Shown piece after piece: positions 10,466-26,323 of a stretch of 64,000 nt of DNA. Position 1 is the stretch's first letter. Every line of letters starts with the position of its first letter. The stretch covers positions 39,246,001 to 39,310,000 of the forward strand of contig NC_043010.1 in assembly GCF_006345805.1 (NCBI RefSeq), in the 5' to 3' direction. The notes beneath the pieces are model-generated. The model saw only the letters and a list, made by a program, of their open reading frames with translations. It had not been told where the DNA came from and made no database searches. The DNA comes from Octopus sinensis. Its lineage: Eukaryota. The position numbers and the translations under genes are program-made.

Positions 10466-11324
10466 GTTTCGCAGTGGCTGTTATTTCTCAGTCTTTTTCG
10501 TTTCCTTACATTTCACCCTCGAATCGCCTGGTAAATATTTTCATAGGAAAATGTCAATTCAAGGTAGATTTCGCCGTTGTATCTAGCACAACCCAAACTA
10601 CCCTCAATGGTCACTCTCACATATAATGATTTTTGTTTTCAATATTTTTCTCCCATTAAACACATTTTATAGAATGATGATCATAAAGTAACACACGCGT
10701 GGTGCATTGGTTATAAGCAGCAAACAAAAATTGTAATCTAAATTTTTACTCCAACCTCAATCAAGCGAAACCCTGTGGGTGTAGGAAAAAATATTTTCCA
10801 ACAGAAAATCACACTATTAAAATGAATTATCGTTTATGTAGGTCTTTTTATTTCAATCATTGTGGATAAGTGCCAGCAATGATCTTCCCAGGTTCTCCAA
10901 TATTTTAATTTCTAAACAAACAATTGGAAGCAGGGAGTAGGGTTGAAAATGTTCATAATTTCTCAAATCTTTTGTTTTTTCTGGCATATAAATGGCATAT
11001 AAAAACATCAAAACATGCATGAATGATAAAGAAAGGAGGAAGATCGTCATTGGATATGCTAGAAACAACAGCCAGACCTCTCTTAAATCATTCAATTTTC
11101 TCTCTGAAAATATAAAAAGTTTCTTTTACAGAAAATGCTCCTCCCATGGTTTTGAAGTGCAAAAAATTGGCCAAAATAGATCAGGAGTTGGATGATGAGG
11201 GATGGGGGTGAGTTCTAAATAAAAAAAACAAAACGTTTTTCATACAAAGATGCCCCTCAAACCCATCATTTCGAAGGCTATGGTTTTTAAAAGTGGGAAC
11301 CCTCTCTTCAAAACAGGTGTGGGC

Positions 11325-11695
11325 ATTGTCGTGTGGTAAAAATCATATAGTACCGAGTTCAGTCCCACCTTGTGGAACCTTCCGTTATGTTCTCGAGCCG
11401 ACTAATAACATGAGAATATATTTAGTAGATGGAAACTGAATGAATCTTGTTGTATATACATATCTATGTGTGCATTGTGGTTTCGTCTGTACTTGTCCCC
11501 CACCACCACTACTTGACAAGCGGTATTAGTGTGTTTACTTCCCTGTAATAAAGCAGTTCAGCAAAAGAGACCGATAGAATACGTACGTACCTGGCTTCAA
11601 AATCATATACAACATAAGTACTGGTGTTGTTTCTTCGACTACAAGTTTTCAAGGTGGTGCTCTAGCATGGACTTGGTGTAATGAATGACAAAAGG
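11325..11695 (+). mobile_element. SINE family A, old decayed copy
   Basis: GTGTGGTAA..GTTCAGTCCCAC, TAGATGGAAACTGAA, GCAAAAGAGACCGATAGAATA, GGTGGTGCTCTAGCATGG. Confidence 0.75.
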
Positions 11696-11703
11696 AAAGC
11701 ATG

Positions 11704-11768
<65 letters not shown>

Positions 11769-12349
11769 ATCCAAACATGAAAACAGAAAGAGAAAACACA
11801 ACAACGCGAGGACGTGGAACAAATATATTGGACGCTCAAGAAGGAAGGGAAGAAGGAGGGTTTAACGTTTCGAGCGGAACTCTTCGTCGGAAACAGAGGA
11901 GAAGGAAAGATCGAGAGAAGGGAAGACAGAGGGAAAAAATCGCCAACGGTACACACGCGGTCACAACTTGAATGTGTAGAGAGAAGGAGAGATAGAAAGA
12001 AAGGAAGAAAGAGAGATAGCGAGAAAGAAGGAAAAAAAAAAGATAGATAGGCCCATATAACTTATATAAAAATCTTATATACAAAAGATTTCAATATTTT
12101 TTCAGTGGAATCTAGTAATTCTTCCTCAATACGTATTTTATATGCTTACCTAAATCATACATAAGAAAAAAGAAAAGATGTTCTCCATGTTTTATCACGC
12201 TTTCATTAATGTATTTTCTGCTAATAGATGTTTTTTTCTTTTAATATCAGATCTAAAAGTCTTGTTTCATCACCAATTTGTTGCTTCTATTCATTTTTTC
12301 AAACTGTCAACTATCTACTACCTTTTCAATGTGTTAGCCGTTAGTTAGC

Positions 12350-12485
12350 GCCTCATGCTTCTCAACCACATGGTTCTGGGTTGAGTCCCCCTGCACGGCA
12401 CTTTGGTTAAATGTCTTCTACTTGGGCCGAATAGAGGCTTGTGAATGGATTTAGTACACGGAATCTAAATGAAGCCCGTTGTATA
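12350..12485 (+). mobile_element. SINE family A, 5' half
   Basis: CAACCACATGGTTCTGGGTTGAGTCCC..GAAGCCCGTTGTATA. Interrupted by (TA)n and a SINE B array. Confidence 0.75.
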
Positions 12486-12505
12486 TATATATATATATAT
12501 ATATA

Positions 12506-13102
12506 TATTTCTTTACTGCCCACAAGGGGCTAAACATAGAGGGGACAAACAAGTACAGACAAAGGGATTAAGTCGATTATATCGACCGCAGTGCGAAACT
12601 GGTGCTTTATTTATCGACCCCGAAAGGATGAAAGGCAAAGTCGACCACGGAGGAATTTGAACTCAGAACGTAACGACAGACGAAATACCTATTTCTTTAT
12701 TACCCACAAGGGGCTAAACACAGAGGAGACAAACAAGGACAGACATAGGTATTAAGTTCATTACATCGACTCCAGTGCGTAACTGGTACTGAATTTATCG
12801 ACCCCGAAAGGATGAAAGGCAAAGTCGACCTCGGCGGAATTTGAACTCACAACGTAACGCAGACGAAATACCTATTTCTTTATTACCCACAAGGGGCTAA
12901 ACACAGAGGGGACAAACAAGGACAGACATAGGTATTAAGTCGATTACATCGACCCCAGTGCGTAACTGGTACATAATTTATCGACCCCGAAAGGATGAAA
13001 GGCAAAGTCGACCTCGGCGGAATTTGAACTCACAACGTAACGCAGACGAAATACCGCTAAGCATTTCGACCGACACGCTAACGTTTCTTACACCTCGCCG
13101 CC
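12506..13102 (-). mobile_element. SINE family B, one head plus three tandem 183-184 bp units
   Basis: CACAAGGGG at 12521, 12705 and 12888. B-box-like GAGTTCAAATTCC in each unit. Single head ending at 13102. Confidence 0.92.
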
Positions 13103-14587
13103 TTAATTGGTATTTGATTTTATGTTTGGCGTCTGTCACTCGTCAGTCACTGCTTATTTTACATCCATCAGGTTTCTCTTTTTTCTGTTTTTTTTTCGTT
13201 TTTTTCTTTCCTTTAATGTTTGCCTCACTCGTTTCTGACTTCAAATGCTTTTTGTTTTTCCCTATATATTCATGTAAATTTGATTTCAAATACTTTTCAT
13301 TCCCTCCCTCCTTCTGTCTTTCTCTCTACCCCCACCTCTCTCAATCCCTGTCTCGCCAAACCGATACTCGCGGACATAATACTTAGTGGCACTTTGCAGA
13401 TCACTTACGTCTGATTTCGAACTCTACCGCGGTAGACTTTGTCTTTAATCCTTTCGGCATCGATAAAATCAGTACCAATTAGGCACCGGGGTCGAACAAT
13501 TAAGAACTAATTTGACATTCGGTTCTACAACAGGCGTTGTGCTTATGTTAGAAAAGATTCTCTGTCTCACTTAATCTTACATTTCCATACTTCATCTTTT
13601 CTGTTCTCTTTTCCTTTCCTTTCCTTATTTTCATTTCTCTTACCATCTCGTCCCGACATATTTTACATCTTGCTCTACTTTTCCTACTATTTTTTATTAT
13701 TTCTTATCTTTTATATTAACTCAACTATTCTTTCTTACTTGCTTTCTTTCTTTCCTTTTTTTTCTTTTTTCTTTCTTTTTCTCCCTCTCTTTTTAACTTT
13801 CCATATGTCAGCTTTCATTTCTCTAATTCCTTTCTTCTTATCAACCACATGCATTCCTACTTCGTACTCTTCATTCATATTTCACCATTCACTGTTTTAC
13901 TTCTTTATATTCTAACTGCATTTCTTTCTTTGCAAAAAAGCCCCTTTGATGTTGTTGATGTTGTTGTTGCTATTCGGCCCACCATATCATCCGTGATCTC
14001 GCAGTCTATGTTAATGCTTTCAACCGTTCCCATAGCACACATTATTTCCTTTTTTCTCGTTTCTTCATTTTTCGGTAAAAGCTTTGTGTTTAGATCTATA
14101 TTGTTCTGCCATGTTTGCAGACAGTGGTGTGTGATTAGTATGAGATGCTACAGCAAATAGGGCAGCCATCTATAGGCTCACTATTTCTTTTGAAGTCGTT
14201 CATATTTGTGTTTTTGAACAATAAAGATCGATATGTTTCAGTTTGGTGCCATCGCAATAATAGTACAGCAGACCTTTCATAAAAATATACTCCGGATATA
14301 ACATTGAATCCGTCTTTATATTAACACATATTATACCGTCTTTACTCTGCGCAGCATTATTTCTCGTTCCATTCTCAGAGAATTTCATCACTCAAAACTT
14401 CATTATTTCTTGACAAGTGATAAGTGATAGTGATAAGTGCGAAGCGGCATTACTCATTTTGCAAATTAGGTGGATCCAGGAGAGAAAAATATCCATCACA
14501 GTATTCTTGTGTTGATATCTCAAAACCTCAGTACAGAGAAGCGTGTACCGAAATAAATGCTGCAAGAAACTCTATCCTATCGAATAA

Positions 14588-14750
14588 ATCGACCCCAGGA
14601 ATTAGTCTTTGTAAGCCAAGTACCTATTCTATCGGTATCTTTGCTGAATCACTAAGTTACGGGAACGTAAGCATACCAGCATCGGTTGTCAAACGATGTT
14701 GGGGCACAAACAGAGATACACAAACACACATACATACGTACATACATACA

Positions 14751-14782
<32 letters not shown>

Positions 14783-14980
14783 CACACACACATGTATATA
14801 TATAAATACATATATACATATACATATACGACGGGATTCTTTCAGCTTCCGTCTACCAAATCCATTCACAAGGATTTGGTCGGCCCGAGGCTATAGTAGA
14901 CGACACTTGCCGAAGGTACCACGCAGTAGGACTGAACCCGGAACCATGGGCTGGTAAGCAAGGTACTTACCACACAGCCA
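14588..14980 (-). mobile_element. SINE family A, lacking the extreme 3' end
   Basis: Matches the 309-719 copy, with an expanded internal (CATA)n. Confidence 0.88.
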
Positions 14981-15051
14981 TGCCTTTATACATACACACA
15001 CACACACACACACCACACACACACACACACACAAACATATGTATATATAAT

Positions 15052-15312
15052 TACATAATTATAACTAAAGTACTGAAGAGGCACCACGATGCCAGAAATA
15101 GCAGTCAGAACTGACTACAGTACCACCTCATGTATTTATATACGGCTGGTGATAGGATAAATGAAGAAAAAAATTAGCAAACATTCATTAGCTTTGTTCA
15201 TTTACCTCATTACAATGTGCTGTATGAATACATGATGTGGTTGTAGAGTCAGTTTTGACTGCTATTTCTGCCTTGGTGGTGCCTCTTCGGTACCCTTAAT
15301 TGTAATTATGTA
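15052..15312. mobile_element. MITE-like element with imperfect inverted repeats of about 65 bp
   Basis: TACATAATTATAACTAAAGTACTGAAGAGGCACCAC..GAAATAGCAGTCAGAACTGACT (15052-15116) versus its reverse complement at 15247-15312. Confidence 0.7.
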
Positions 15313-15493
15313 TATATTATTATACAGTTATAATTATCATCAACACTCCAGCCACCAACCTTCACCCGAGTTCACCACAACCATGGCCACCACCACGATA
15401 ATGGTCATGTTTGTAGTTGGAAAGTATTTATATATGTATGTATGATGTATATATATATATATGTGTATACCTGTATATGTCTATGTATGAGTC

Positions 15494-15526
<33 letters not shown>

Positions 15527-15967
15527 GTCTATGTATGTATGTATGTATGTATGTATCTATGTATGTTTGTATGTATATATGTATGCATGTATGTATGTAT
15601 GTGTATGTATATATGTAGGCATGTATGAATGTATACATATGTATATTTATATGTGTGTGTGTGTATGGATATATTTATGTATATTATTGGATGTCTTACT
15701 TTCTTGTGAAGAAGATAGAGTGTGATTTGATGAAGAGTAAAGTAATAATTCTAACGGGTAAATCGAGTTCGCATAAACCATGTCACTGGTTTGTAGTGTT
15801 CTACCCTGTCTCTTGTTATTGATTATCACGATGATGATGATGAGAAGGAAATAGGAGTACGACGACGAAGATGATGATGGAAAATACGACGACAACGGCC
15901 ACTACCAACACCACCACCACCACTACCCTCACCGCAACCACGATAGTTGTGATGTTGTTTGCAGTTG

Positions 15968-16537
15968 GTGTCTTCTTCTTCTTCCTCCAATCAGGACTCA
16001 CGCCATTAGCCACAAAAAATAATTTCTAATTCCAGCCTATTATAAGCTACTAAGAATGTGTGTGGCAACTTGATCCACCCACCACACGCACGTGCGCGAA
16101 AGCTACGTTGTTATCCTCATTCCGTAAACAGTGGTTTTTAAAGGATGGAGAGCTGAACCATCCTGGGGTACAGAGGATTCGCAATCTCGACTAGGGTCTG
16201 AAAGTTTTACCACACCATAGTGGGATACATCAAGGTTCCTCTGCTTTGTGGCGGAAATAGGAAGAAAGAGTGAGAGAAAGTTGTGGCGAAAGAGTACAGC
16301 GTAGTTCACCACCACGCTCAGCCAGAGCCTTATGGAGCTTAGGTGTTTTTGCTCAATAAACACTCACAATGCTCGACCTGGGAATCGAAACCGCGAGTCC
16401 GCTGTCCGCGAGTCCGCTGTCCGCGAGTCCGCTGTCCGCGAGTCCGCTGTCCGCGAGTCCGCGAGTCCGCTGTCCGCAAGTCCGCTAGTCCGCTGTCCGC
16501 GAGTCCGCTGACCTAACTACTGGGCCATTGCGCCTCC
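15968..16537 (-). mobile_element. SINE family C with a long unique tail and an internal minisatellite
   Basis: Head GGAGGCGCAATGGCCCAGT at 16537 and a GAA-rich 3' end at about 15975. Flanking 18-bp direct repeat TGATGTTGTTTGCAGTTG at 15950-15967 and 16546-16563 is a probable TSD. Confidence 0.8.
16391..16510. repeat. GC-rich 15-bp minisatellite CCGCGAGTCCGCTGT, about 7 copies
   Basis: Direct reading. Lies between the A and B boxes of the SINE C head. Confidence 0.95.
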
Positions 16538-18539
16538 ACTACTGCTGATGTTGTTTGCAGTTGCTGTATTAGGGAGCTGTATCTCAGGTTTGTGGAGTGT
16601 CTGCAAACCTATGATAAAATGCTTTTCAACATTACCCGGCCCCACTCACTCTCAGCTTTTCTCTCACATTTTCCTCTGTTTTTGACAGAGCATATACAAT
16701 ATATAGGACTACATTATAAGAATACGTCACTTTTTATGAAGAACTCAATTCAGAGTTTGATAGATATTTAACTGCTATTTCTAGCAAATCATGTGACTTT
16801 CTCTGGTAATTTCTTATATCATTGCTGGGTAAATTTTCGCTGTTTTCTTGGAGAATACACGTCACTCCCAAATACCAATTCTGTGATATACTAGATTAGT
16901 CGCCATTACAATTGCCGATTACATTTTTGCTCTAACTCCCTTTATCTCTCTCACTACCTCTCGTCTTATCCTTCATCTCGCATTCTTTCCATTTCTTTAT
17001 TGCCTGCATTCCTTAACTCACCATTCTATTTTCTTTCTTGCTATCCAATACATTTCATTGTGGATTACATTTTCGTCTTAACAACCCATCTCGGTTTTGT
17101 CGGTTGTTCATATTGTCTTACTATATATATTTTTCATATATCTTTCTGTCGGAACCTTGCTTATATTTTATTACATCTTATATTTTATTACATCTTATAT
17201 TTTATTACATCTCTCATGTGTTACTTAATTTAGTTTTCTTCCAAAGCAATCTCCATTTCATAATAACCACCAATTTATTTTTCTCTTTATCTCGTCTTTT
17301 CACTTCACTGGCTAACAAAGAGGCAGAGACAAAAGAGAGAGGGAGAAGAGAAATGGTGAAGCTGTGACACAGATAAACAGCTGACATATGCAACTTGTTA
17401 GCTCAGTATCTCCAGAAGTAATGGATATAATCAATTCTGCTGAACTTCAAACTACTAAATGCCTTGTTTCATTCATGTAAATTCATTTATTTCTTTGAGC
17501 TGCGTTGATGAAACCAGGCTATGTCCAAAATATCGGGAAGATACCTTCTTTTCGTGTATATACGTAGTCTTCCTTCTTGAAGACAGCAGAATGTGATTTG
17601 AACTAGGTTTAACTGCTATTTCAAGCTGGTCTAGTTAATGCATAGAATTAGCGATCATTATATCATGTATATAGCGTATATACTGTTGAAGGGCTTCCAA
17701 ATGGCAGCATTCGTCGCAAGGTACATCTTATATATATATATATATCTTATAGATAGATATGCATCTTATATATATATATATACTTCTGGAAACGAACATC
17801 GCTGTTTAGAAGGCTTCCAAGGGTATATATGATTCAAGTATTATATACAGATGGATAATTTGAACTAATACGGCTTTACGTTGCTAATGGCGGATTTTAG
17901 CTGCATAGGGTTTCCGTAGTTTAAATTATAGCATTTGGACATGACCGTTCATATTTACGGCGTTCAATGTAATATATCTTATTGGTTGGTGCATTAGAGT
18001 CAACAGTGTCAATTATATTACCACCTTATATGAATACTCATCAGATTTCGTAAATTGGGGATCAACATACTGTAACCTGAGGGTTTCGTATTACAATTTA
18101 CAAGCGACTATCTTTTTACCAATATAATAACATATTAACATCTAGTAAACCGTAAGCAAAAATAAAGCAATAAACTAAATATATTGCCCCATTCAAATTA
18201 TACATTATTATCAGCTATCTTGGGGTGGTAAGTTGGAGAAGCACAATATTTTGTTAGATGTCTTTACGTTCTGTGTTCAAATTCCACGGATGTTACATTT
18301 GCTTTTCTTATATCCGGGATCAATAAAATATTGTATGTGCCTATATTAGAAGATTTAAAATTATTTTCATCCCTCCGTGGTCAATGAAGGAAGTCCTAGT
18401 CACATACTGGTGCTGAGGGTTTGGGTTAAAGCCACTAAAAAATTGCCAACGTTGTGCATGTATTGAAAAATCATTGTTATAAGATTATCAATGACCAATG
18501 TTTGGCCGAATCAATTTTCAGTTTAATAATGCTACCTTA

Positions 18540-18836
18540 GGAGGCACATGGCCTAGTAGTTAGAACAGCGGACTCGCGGTCGAGGGATCGCAGGTTCGAA
18601 TCTCAGACCGGGCGATGTATGTGTTTATTAGTGAAACACCTAAGCTCTATGCGGCTCCAGCAGAAGGTAATGGCAAACTTCTGCTTTCTCTCACTCTTTG
18701 TCTCACTCTTTCCTCCTGCATCTTGCAGCTTACCTGCGACGGACCGGCGTCCCGTCCAGGTGGGAAACCTATACGCCAAGGAAACCGGGAAACCGGTCCT
18801 TATGAGCCAGGCGTGGCTCGAGAAGGAACAAACAAT
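18540..18836 (+). mobile_element. SINE family C, tail ending GCGTGGCTCGAGAAGGAACAAAC
   Basis: A box TGGCCTAGTAG, B box GGTTCGAATCTC. Near-collinear with 42233-42540. Confidence 0.88.
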
Positions 18837-19989
18837 ACTAGCTTACCAATTCAAAGGACCCGCCAATTTTTTTAATTTTATTTTTTATTTTTATTTTATT
18901 TTATTATTTTTATTTTTATTTTATTATTTTATTTTTTAAATAGATTTTCAACTATTCTGAATTTGAAATCTCTCGTATCTATATTACAAGTAATAGCATA
19001 GTATTTGTTTACGACAAAATTTATGAACAGTGATAATCTGACTGATACTTCTTTATATTATATAGTGTGACATGATTTTCAGGTAATTTCACTGCTATTT
19101 ATAACAAGGCGAGCGGACACGCAGTGTTTCCATAACTGTTTTTTTCCATAAATAACAGCACTTATGGAATATAATGTAAAAATATCGATTGCTCCTCATT
19201 CCTCATCTCCCTGTCCAAATTTATGAGCTTTGTGTCTAAATTAGACATAAATAATATCTGCCACGAGGAAGAGCAACCCAAAACTTTATGATGTTTATCA
19301 GGACAGACATTTTGAATGAAAATATCTACTTCGCATATTGTCCGAATCATGAATATAACAGGTATATTTACCAGCTTAAAACAAATTACTCGTAATACTA
19401 TCTCTATATTTCTTACATTAATTCTTTTCCTTAAAAAACAATGAGTCCATGCCCAAAGTTTAGTAACTTTTTGTAATTTCACGTGGTTTAACGAATTAAA
19501 TTTACTTTCATTTTGAATATAAACTCATCCATTAAATACACAAAACTGTAACTTCGTCACGGTCATGTTTACCGAGGCAACATTATTTTTCAGCTATACT
19601 ACAAATTTTACTTACAAACCATTCCGCACCTAAAATAAACTATATACTTTAAGATCTGCATAATGAATATACCCTAAGGTACCGAACGTGTATATCTTCC
19701 TTTCACATCGAAAAATTTCAAACAATTAAAAAAAATATTGTACTCTGCACTAACATCCGTTCTCTGTTGTTCCGCATGTTTAAAAGAAAATTATCAACAA
19801 CACCTGCTCCATTCTGCTACATTTGTCTCTCTGTTCTCCCTCCTAGGCTTTGTGTGTTTACATGCTCACATATAAATCCCACTTTGTTCGTTTGCTTCTC
19901 TCAATTTCTTTCTTACTTTCTTTAATTTTTTCTTATATTTCTTATTTTGTCTTTGTCTTTCTCACTCTCTCACTCTCTCCCTCACTCCC

Positions 19990-22150
<2,161 letters not shown>

Positions 22151-22790
22151 ACACGTATTATTTGATAGTTGCCGATCGTCTACCCGCTATCTTTCTCCCC
22201 ATGAAAATGAAGATCTTTTCTTTCTTTCGAAGTAGAAATACAAGCTTGTTCTTCACATCAAAATTCTCCGAGGCTATACATATGTTTGAAAAGAGGAACG
22301 AAATATATGCTCAATGATTTATATGGACATATAATATAAAGCAATCTCGCAGTACCTATAGTAACTAACAAAACCGTTTTTTATTCCTTTTCTTGTTTTT
22401 TTTTTAAAGTTTTTACGTGTCTGCATTGATATGCCGGTTAGTGTGGATTTCTCCAGTTCAATATACACTGTGGTCCAGCTTTCACATTTATTCTTATCTT
22501 TTAGGAATTTTTGCGTCTTTCTGAGTGCGTATTCTTTTCATTTACATGCACATATATACGTCTATGTATGCATGCATATATGTATATATATGTTGATGTG
22601 TATGTATAGAAATATGTTATGTATACGTACATGTATATTTGTAAATTTTGATCGCTCGCTGTTGCGATATACGGTGGATCTTTTTGTGAGACATACTATT
22701 TTGTTTCGTGACGAATTGTGATAGACACACACATATATACACATCTTTTGCGTACATCCACATACATATTCCTACATATTTCTATATATA

Positions 22791-22872
<82 letters not shown>

Positions 22873-23215
22873 CATGCTCCATTTAAAGCGACTTAACAAA
22901 AAAATTGACTAAAATATGATGGGCAGCATCAGTGGGGATTGAACACGAAATCAATGATTAGAGGGCTCTGTACGTACCCAATTCAGTCACCTAGCCCACA
23001 CAATTTCTCACAGTTTTAATGTATAGATAATTTTTTGTAGTATTCAGTTTATAAGTTTGTAAAGAAACCCGAAATCTGTAAATTACATATGTATATATAC
23101 ATACATATATGTGTCTGTGTGTGTGTATTTGTGTGTGTATGTGTGTGTGTGTGTATACTTATATATCTTTCTGTAATAATTACGTTAGTAAATACTTCAC
23201 ATTTTAATGCAAGTA

Positions 23216-24440
23216 TTAGGTTGTGAAGAAAGTTCTTGCGGTTTTTAACCTTTAAATTCAGATGCACATATCTCGGCTCAGACAAAACTTTATTAATCGA
23301 AATAAACACCATCAGAATCAACACACTTTTTCCAACGCGAAACAAGTTTAGTTATGCCAGTAAAAATCCTGCGTTCTAGTGGCGATGAAGTCATTGAAGG
23401 TGTGTTTGGTATTGCCTTGGTATTTGAAGCACTTCTCACGCAGGAAGTTGTCGAGATGCTTGAAAAAGTGGTAATCGGTAGGCGAGAGGTCTAGTAAGTA
23501 TGGTGGATGAGGCAGTTTCGTAGCCCAGATCGTTTAACTTCTGCAGGGTAGAGTTTTGCGACTTGCGGCCGAGCGTTGTCGTGGAGAATAATTTCTTATT
23601 GACCAATGCTGGTTGTTGTCTGAGTTTCTTATGCATTTCATCCCTTTTGCTGACAGTACTTCTCCGCCGTAATGATTTCGCCTGGATCCAAAAAGCTGTG
23701 ATGGATGAGACCTTCCGCAAACCACCAAACAGTCACCATGACCTTCTTTTAGTGCAACTTTGGCTCCAGGAAGTGCCATGGAACTTCGTCGGTGTCCACT
23801 CACTGACTTGAGCGTCGCCGGTTCTCGTAAAGAATCCACTTTTCATCACAAGTCACAATCCGGTCGAGAAACGGGTCGTTCTTGTTGCGTAAAAGAAGGC
23901 AGGACAACACTTCATAACGGTGCTTTTTTGTTGTTGTCGTTCAATTCGTGCGGCACCCATTTCACAAGTATTTTTCTTTTTCCAAACTCTTTCAATTGCT
24001 TGGAAACTGTCGTTTACGTTACGTCTAATTTAGAAGCAAGCTCTCGAACAGTTGTGTATGGATTGGCTTCGACTAAGGCTCATCTGCAAATCTCTCGGCA
24101 CCTCCACGAAATTGCTTGAACCACCATTGTGCTGTACGTTCATTAGTGGTTCTTAAGCCTAACGCATTGTTGAGACCGCGAACTGTTTCAGCAGCTTTTC
24201 GGCCTAGCTTGAACTGGAATAAGAAAATTGTGCGAATTTGCTTTGTTTCCATGTTGTATCCAACGTTCTGGAAAGAATTGTCTAATTATTCAAAAAGAAA
24301 AAGTGTAACACGATTAGATAGAGCGACAACGGGTTTTAAAATGATATATAAAGTCAAAGTAATTTAACGAAAATTAATTTGAAAATACATCGTTTAAAAC
24401 CAAAATATAACATTTCATGAGAACTTTCTTGACAACCTAA
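23216..24440 (-). mobile_element. near full-length mariner transposon, Hsmar1/cecropia-like, inactive
   Basis: TIRs TTAGGTTGT(G/C)AAGAAAGTTCT at both ends. TA duplication at 23214-23215 and 24441-24442. Length 1225 bp. Confidence 0.93.
23293..24252 (-). pseudogene. mariner DD34D transposase pseudogene
   Basis: METKQIRTIFLFQFKLGRKAAET..ERTAQWWFKQF, IVTCDEKWILY, HDNARP, PHPPYLLDLSPTDYHFFKHLDNFL, RWKKCVDSDGVYFD*. Several stops and frameshifts. Confidence 0.92.
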
Positions 24441-25091
24441 TATTTATAATGTAACAACCGATTTGTAGAAAATTTATTAAAACTGTATATAATCATGCCT
24501 AGAGACATAAAATACGAGTATAGCAGAAATGAAGAGAAATTGGAAAACATACTGAAGATAAATTTTGAAAATATATATCAAATATTCATATTTTCTCCGG
24601 ACACTAGGACGTGTTTAACTATAAGGCATCAATAAACTATGTCTCATATTTCTCCATTAGTGGTATCTGCAGGGAGTCTATTTATCTCTTGTTTACAAAC
24701 TGCCGCTTATGTAAACCAGTGATAAATAAACTCAGTGCACACATTAAGGACAAAATTATGGTTAATTTCTTCTAAAAATTTCTTTAGCAAAATATATGAT
24801 TTCTTGACACACTAAAAGTAAGGTAAATAACTTAATGCTAAATTAACGCTCGGAAATGAATATTTATCGTAATTATATGATTAAATATTGTGAGACTTTA
24901 ATGAATATATTTCCTTCGATAAAATTTGAAACACATACACATACAAGCGAATGCATATATATATGTGTGTGTGTGTGTGTATGTGTGTGTGTGTGCGTGC
25001 GTGCGTGATTGTGTGTGTGTGAAGGGTGAGTGTAGATATAATTATAATGGCTGTCTATATATGTATATATGTAGATATAATTATAATTTTA

Positions 25092-25505
25092 CTCTCTCTC
25101 TTTTACTCTTTTACGTGTTTCAGTCATTTGACTGCGGCCATGCTGGAGCACCGCCTTTAATCGAGCAACTCGACCCCGGGACTTATTCTTTTGTAAGCCC
25201 AGTACTCATTCTATCGGTTTCTTTTGCCGAACCGCTAAGTAACGGGGACATAAACACACCAGCATCGGTTGTCAAGCAATGCTAGGGGGGCAAACACAGA
25301 CACACAAACACATATACATACATACATATATATATGTATATACGACAGTCTTCTTTCAGTTTCCGTCTACCAAATCCACTCACAAGGCTTTGGTCGGCCC
25401 GAGGCTATAGTAGAAAACACTTGCCCAAGGTGCCACGCAGTGGGCCTGAACCCGGAACCATGTGGTTGGTAAACAAGCTACTTACCACACAGCCACTCCT
25501 GCGCC
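25092..25505 (-). mobile_element. SINE family A, full length
   Basis: Complete head GGCGCAGGAGTGGCTGTGTGG through the TAAAAGAG tail. Confidence 0.92.
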
Positions 25506-25879
25506 TATAAGCTTCATAATTATATTTATTCATACGTCTCTTCACAAATCTTTCTGGAAACATCTCAAACAACTCCCTACACGAAAGGGCCATGAAACCA
25601 CAAAGCATGACTTACAGATAGCTCAACACACCCTATCAGGCGGTGATTTTAATTTAAACATGGTATGGGCGGATTAATCTTTGGCTGAAACATATCTATA
25701 ATTTCTAAGTTATCTAACTTATTATTCCCCCAGAACCCAATGTTGTCCTCCTACCTTATAACATCTCTTCCTGATACTTAATATAACCGCTGCCTTCCGA
25801 TGCCTGACGCCTATTGTAATAGGATCTTCTATCTTGCCTCTCAGCCATACCTATATAATTAAGATAGTAATGATAATCT

Positions 25880-25893
25880 AAGAAGATGAATAA

Positions 25894-25929
<36 letters not shown>

Positions 25930-26105
25930 GAAAAGAAAGAAGAAATAGAGAAAAGAAGTAGAAGAATGAAGAAGAGGAAGGGGAGGAAGATGAAGAAAAA
26001 GAAGAGGAAGGTGATGATGAAGAAGAAGGGGATGAGGATGCAGAGAAAGAAGAAGAAGAAGAAGAAGAAGAAGAAGAAGAAGAAGAAGAAGAAGAAGAAG
26101 AAGAA
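25880..26105. repeat. (GAT)n/(GAA)n purine-rich tract
   Basis: Direct reading. Confidence 0.93.
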
Positions 26106-26323
26106 GCGGTTTACGTTTGTCAAATATTTTTTAGCTTAGCTTGATCTATTGTCTCTTGACGATTGGAATGTTGATATTTTGATGGAGACCGTTGAAGATG
26201 ACACGCAATTACATTTCGAGAATTCGGTGACAGTTTTTCTCACAGAATCAGCTTATTTTTCCGTATGAGATATTTGCCTAAGTATATGTCGTTGCATTAT
26301 CTTATATCATTTCTTTTTATCTA

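Noticed and set aside
12506-13102. CRISPR-like or satellite interpretation of the regular repeats
   Set aside because: Units are 184 bp with no unique spacers and are parts of a dispersed SINE in eukaryotic DNA.
15067-15110. CTGAAGA-GGCA..TGCC-A-GAAA hammerhead-like string
   Set aside because: No stem I, and the hairpin is absent from the opposite arm of the same element.
18000-18050. Minus-strand CTGATGA-GTATT..AATAT
   Set aside because: GAAA and stem I are missing.
18540-18615. tRNA gene calls for SINE heads
   Set aside because: A and B boxes are present, but I could not fold a complete cloverleaf with an acceptor stem, and each head continues into a SINE body.
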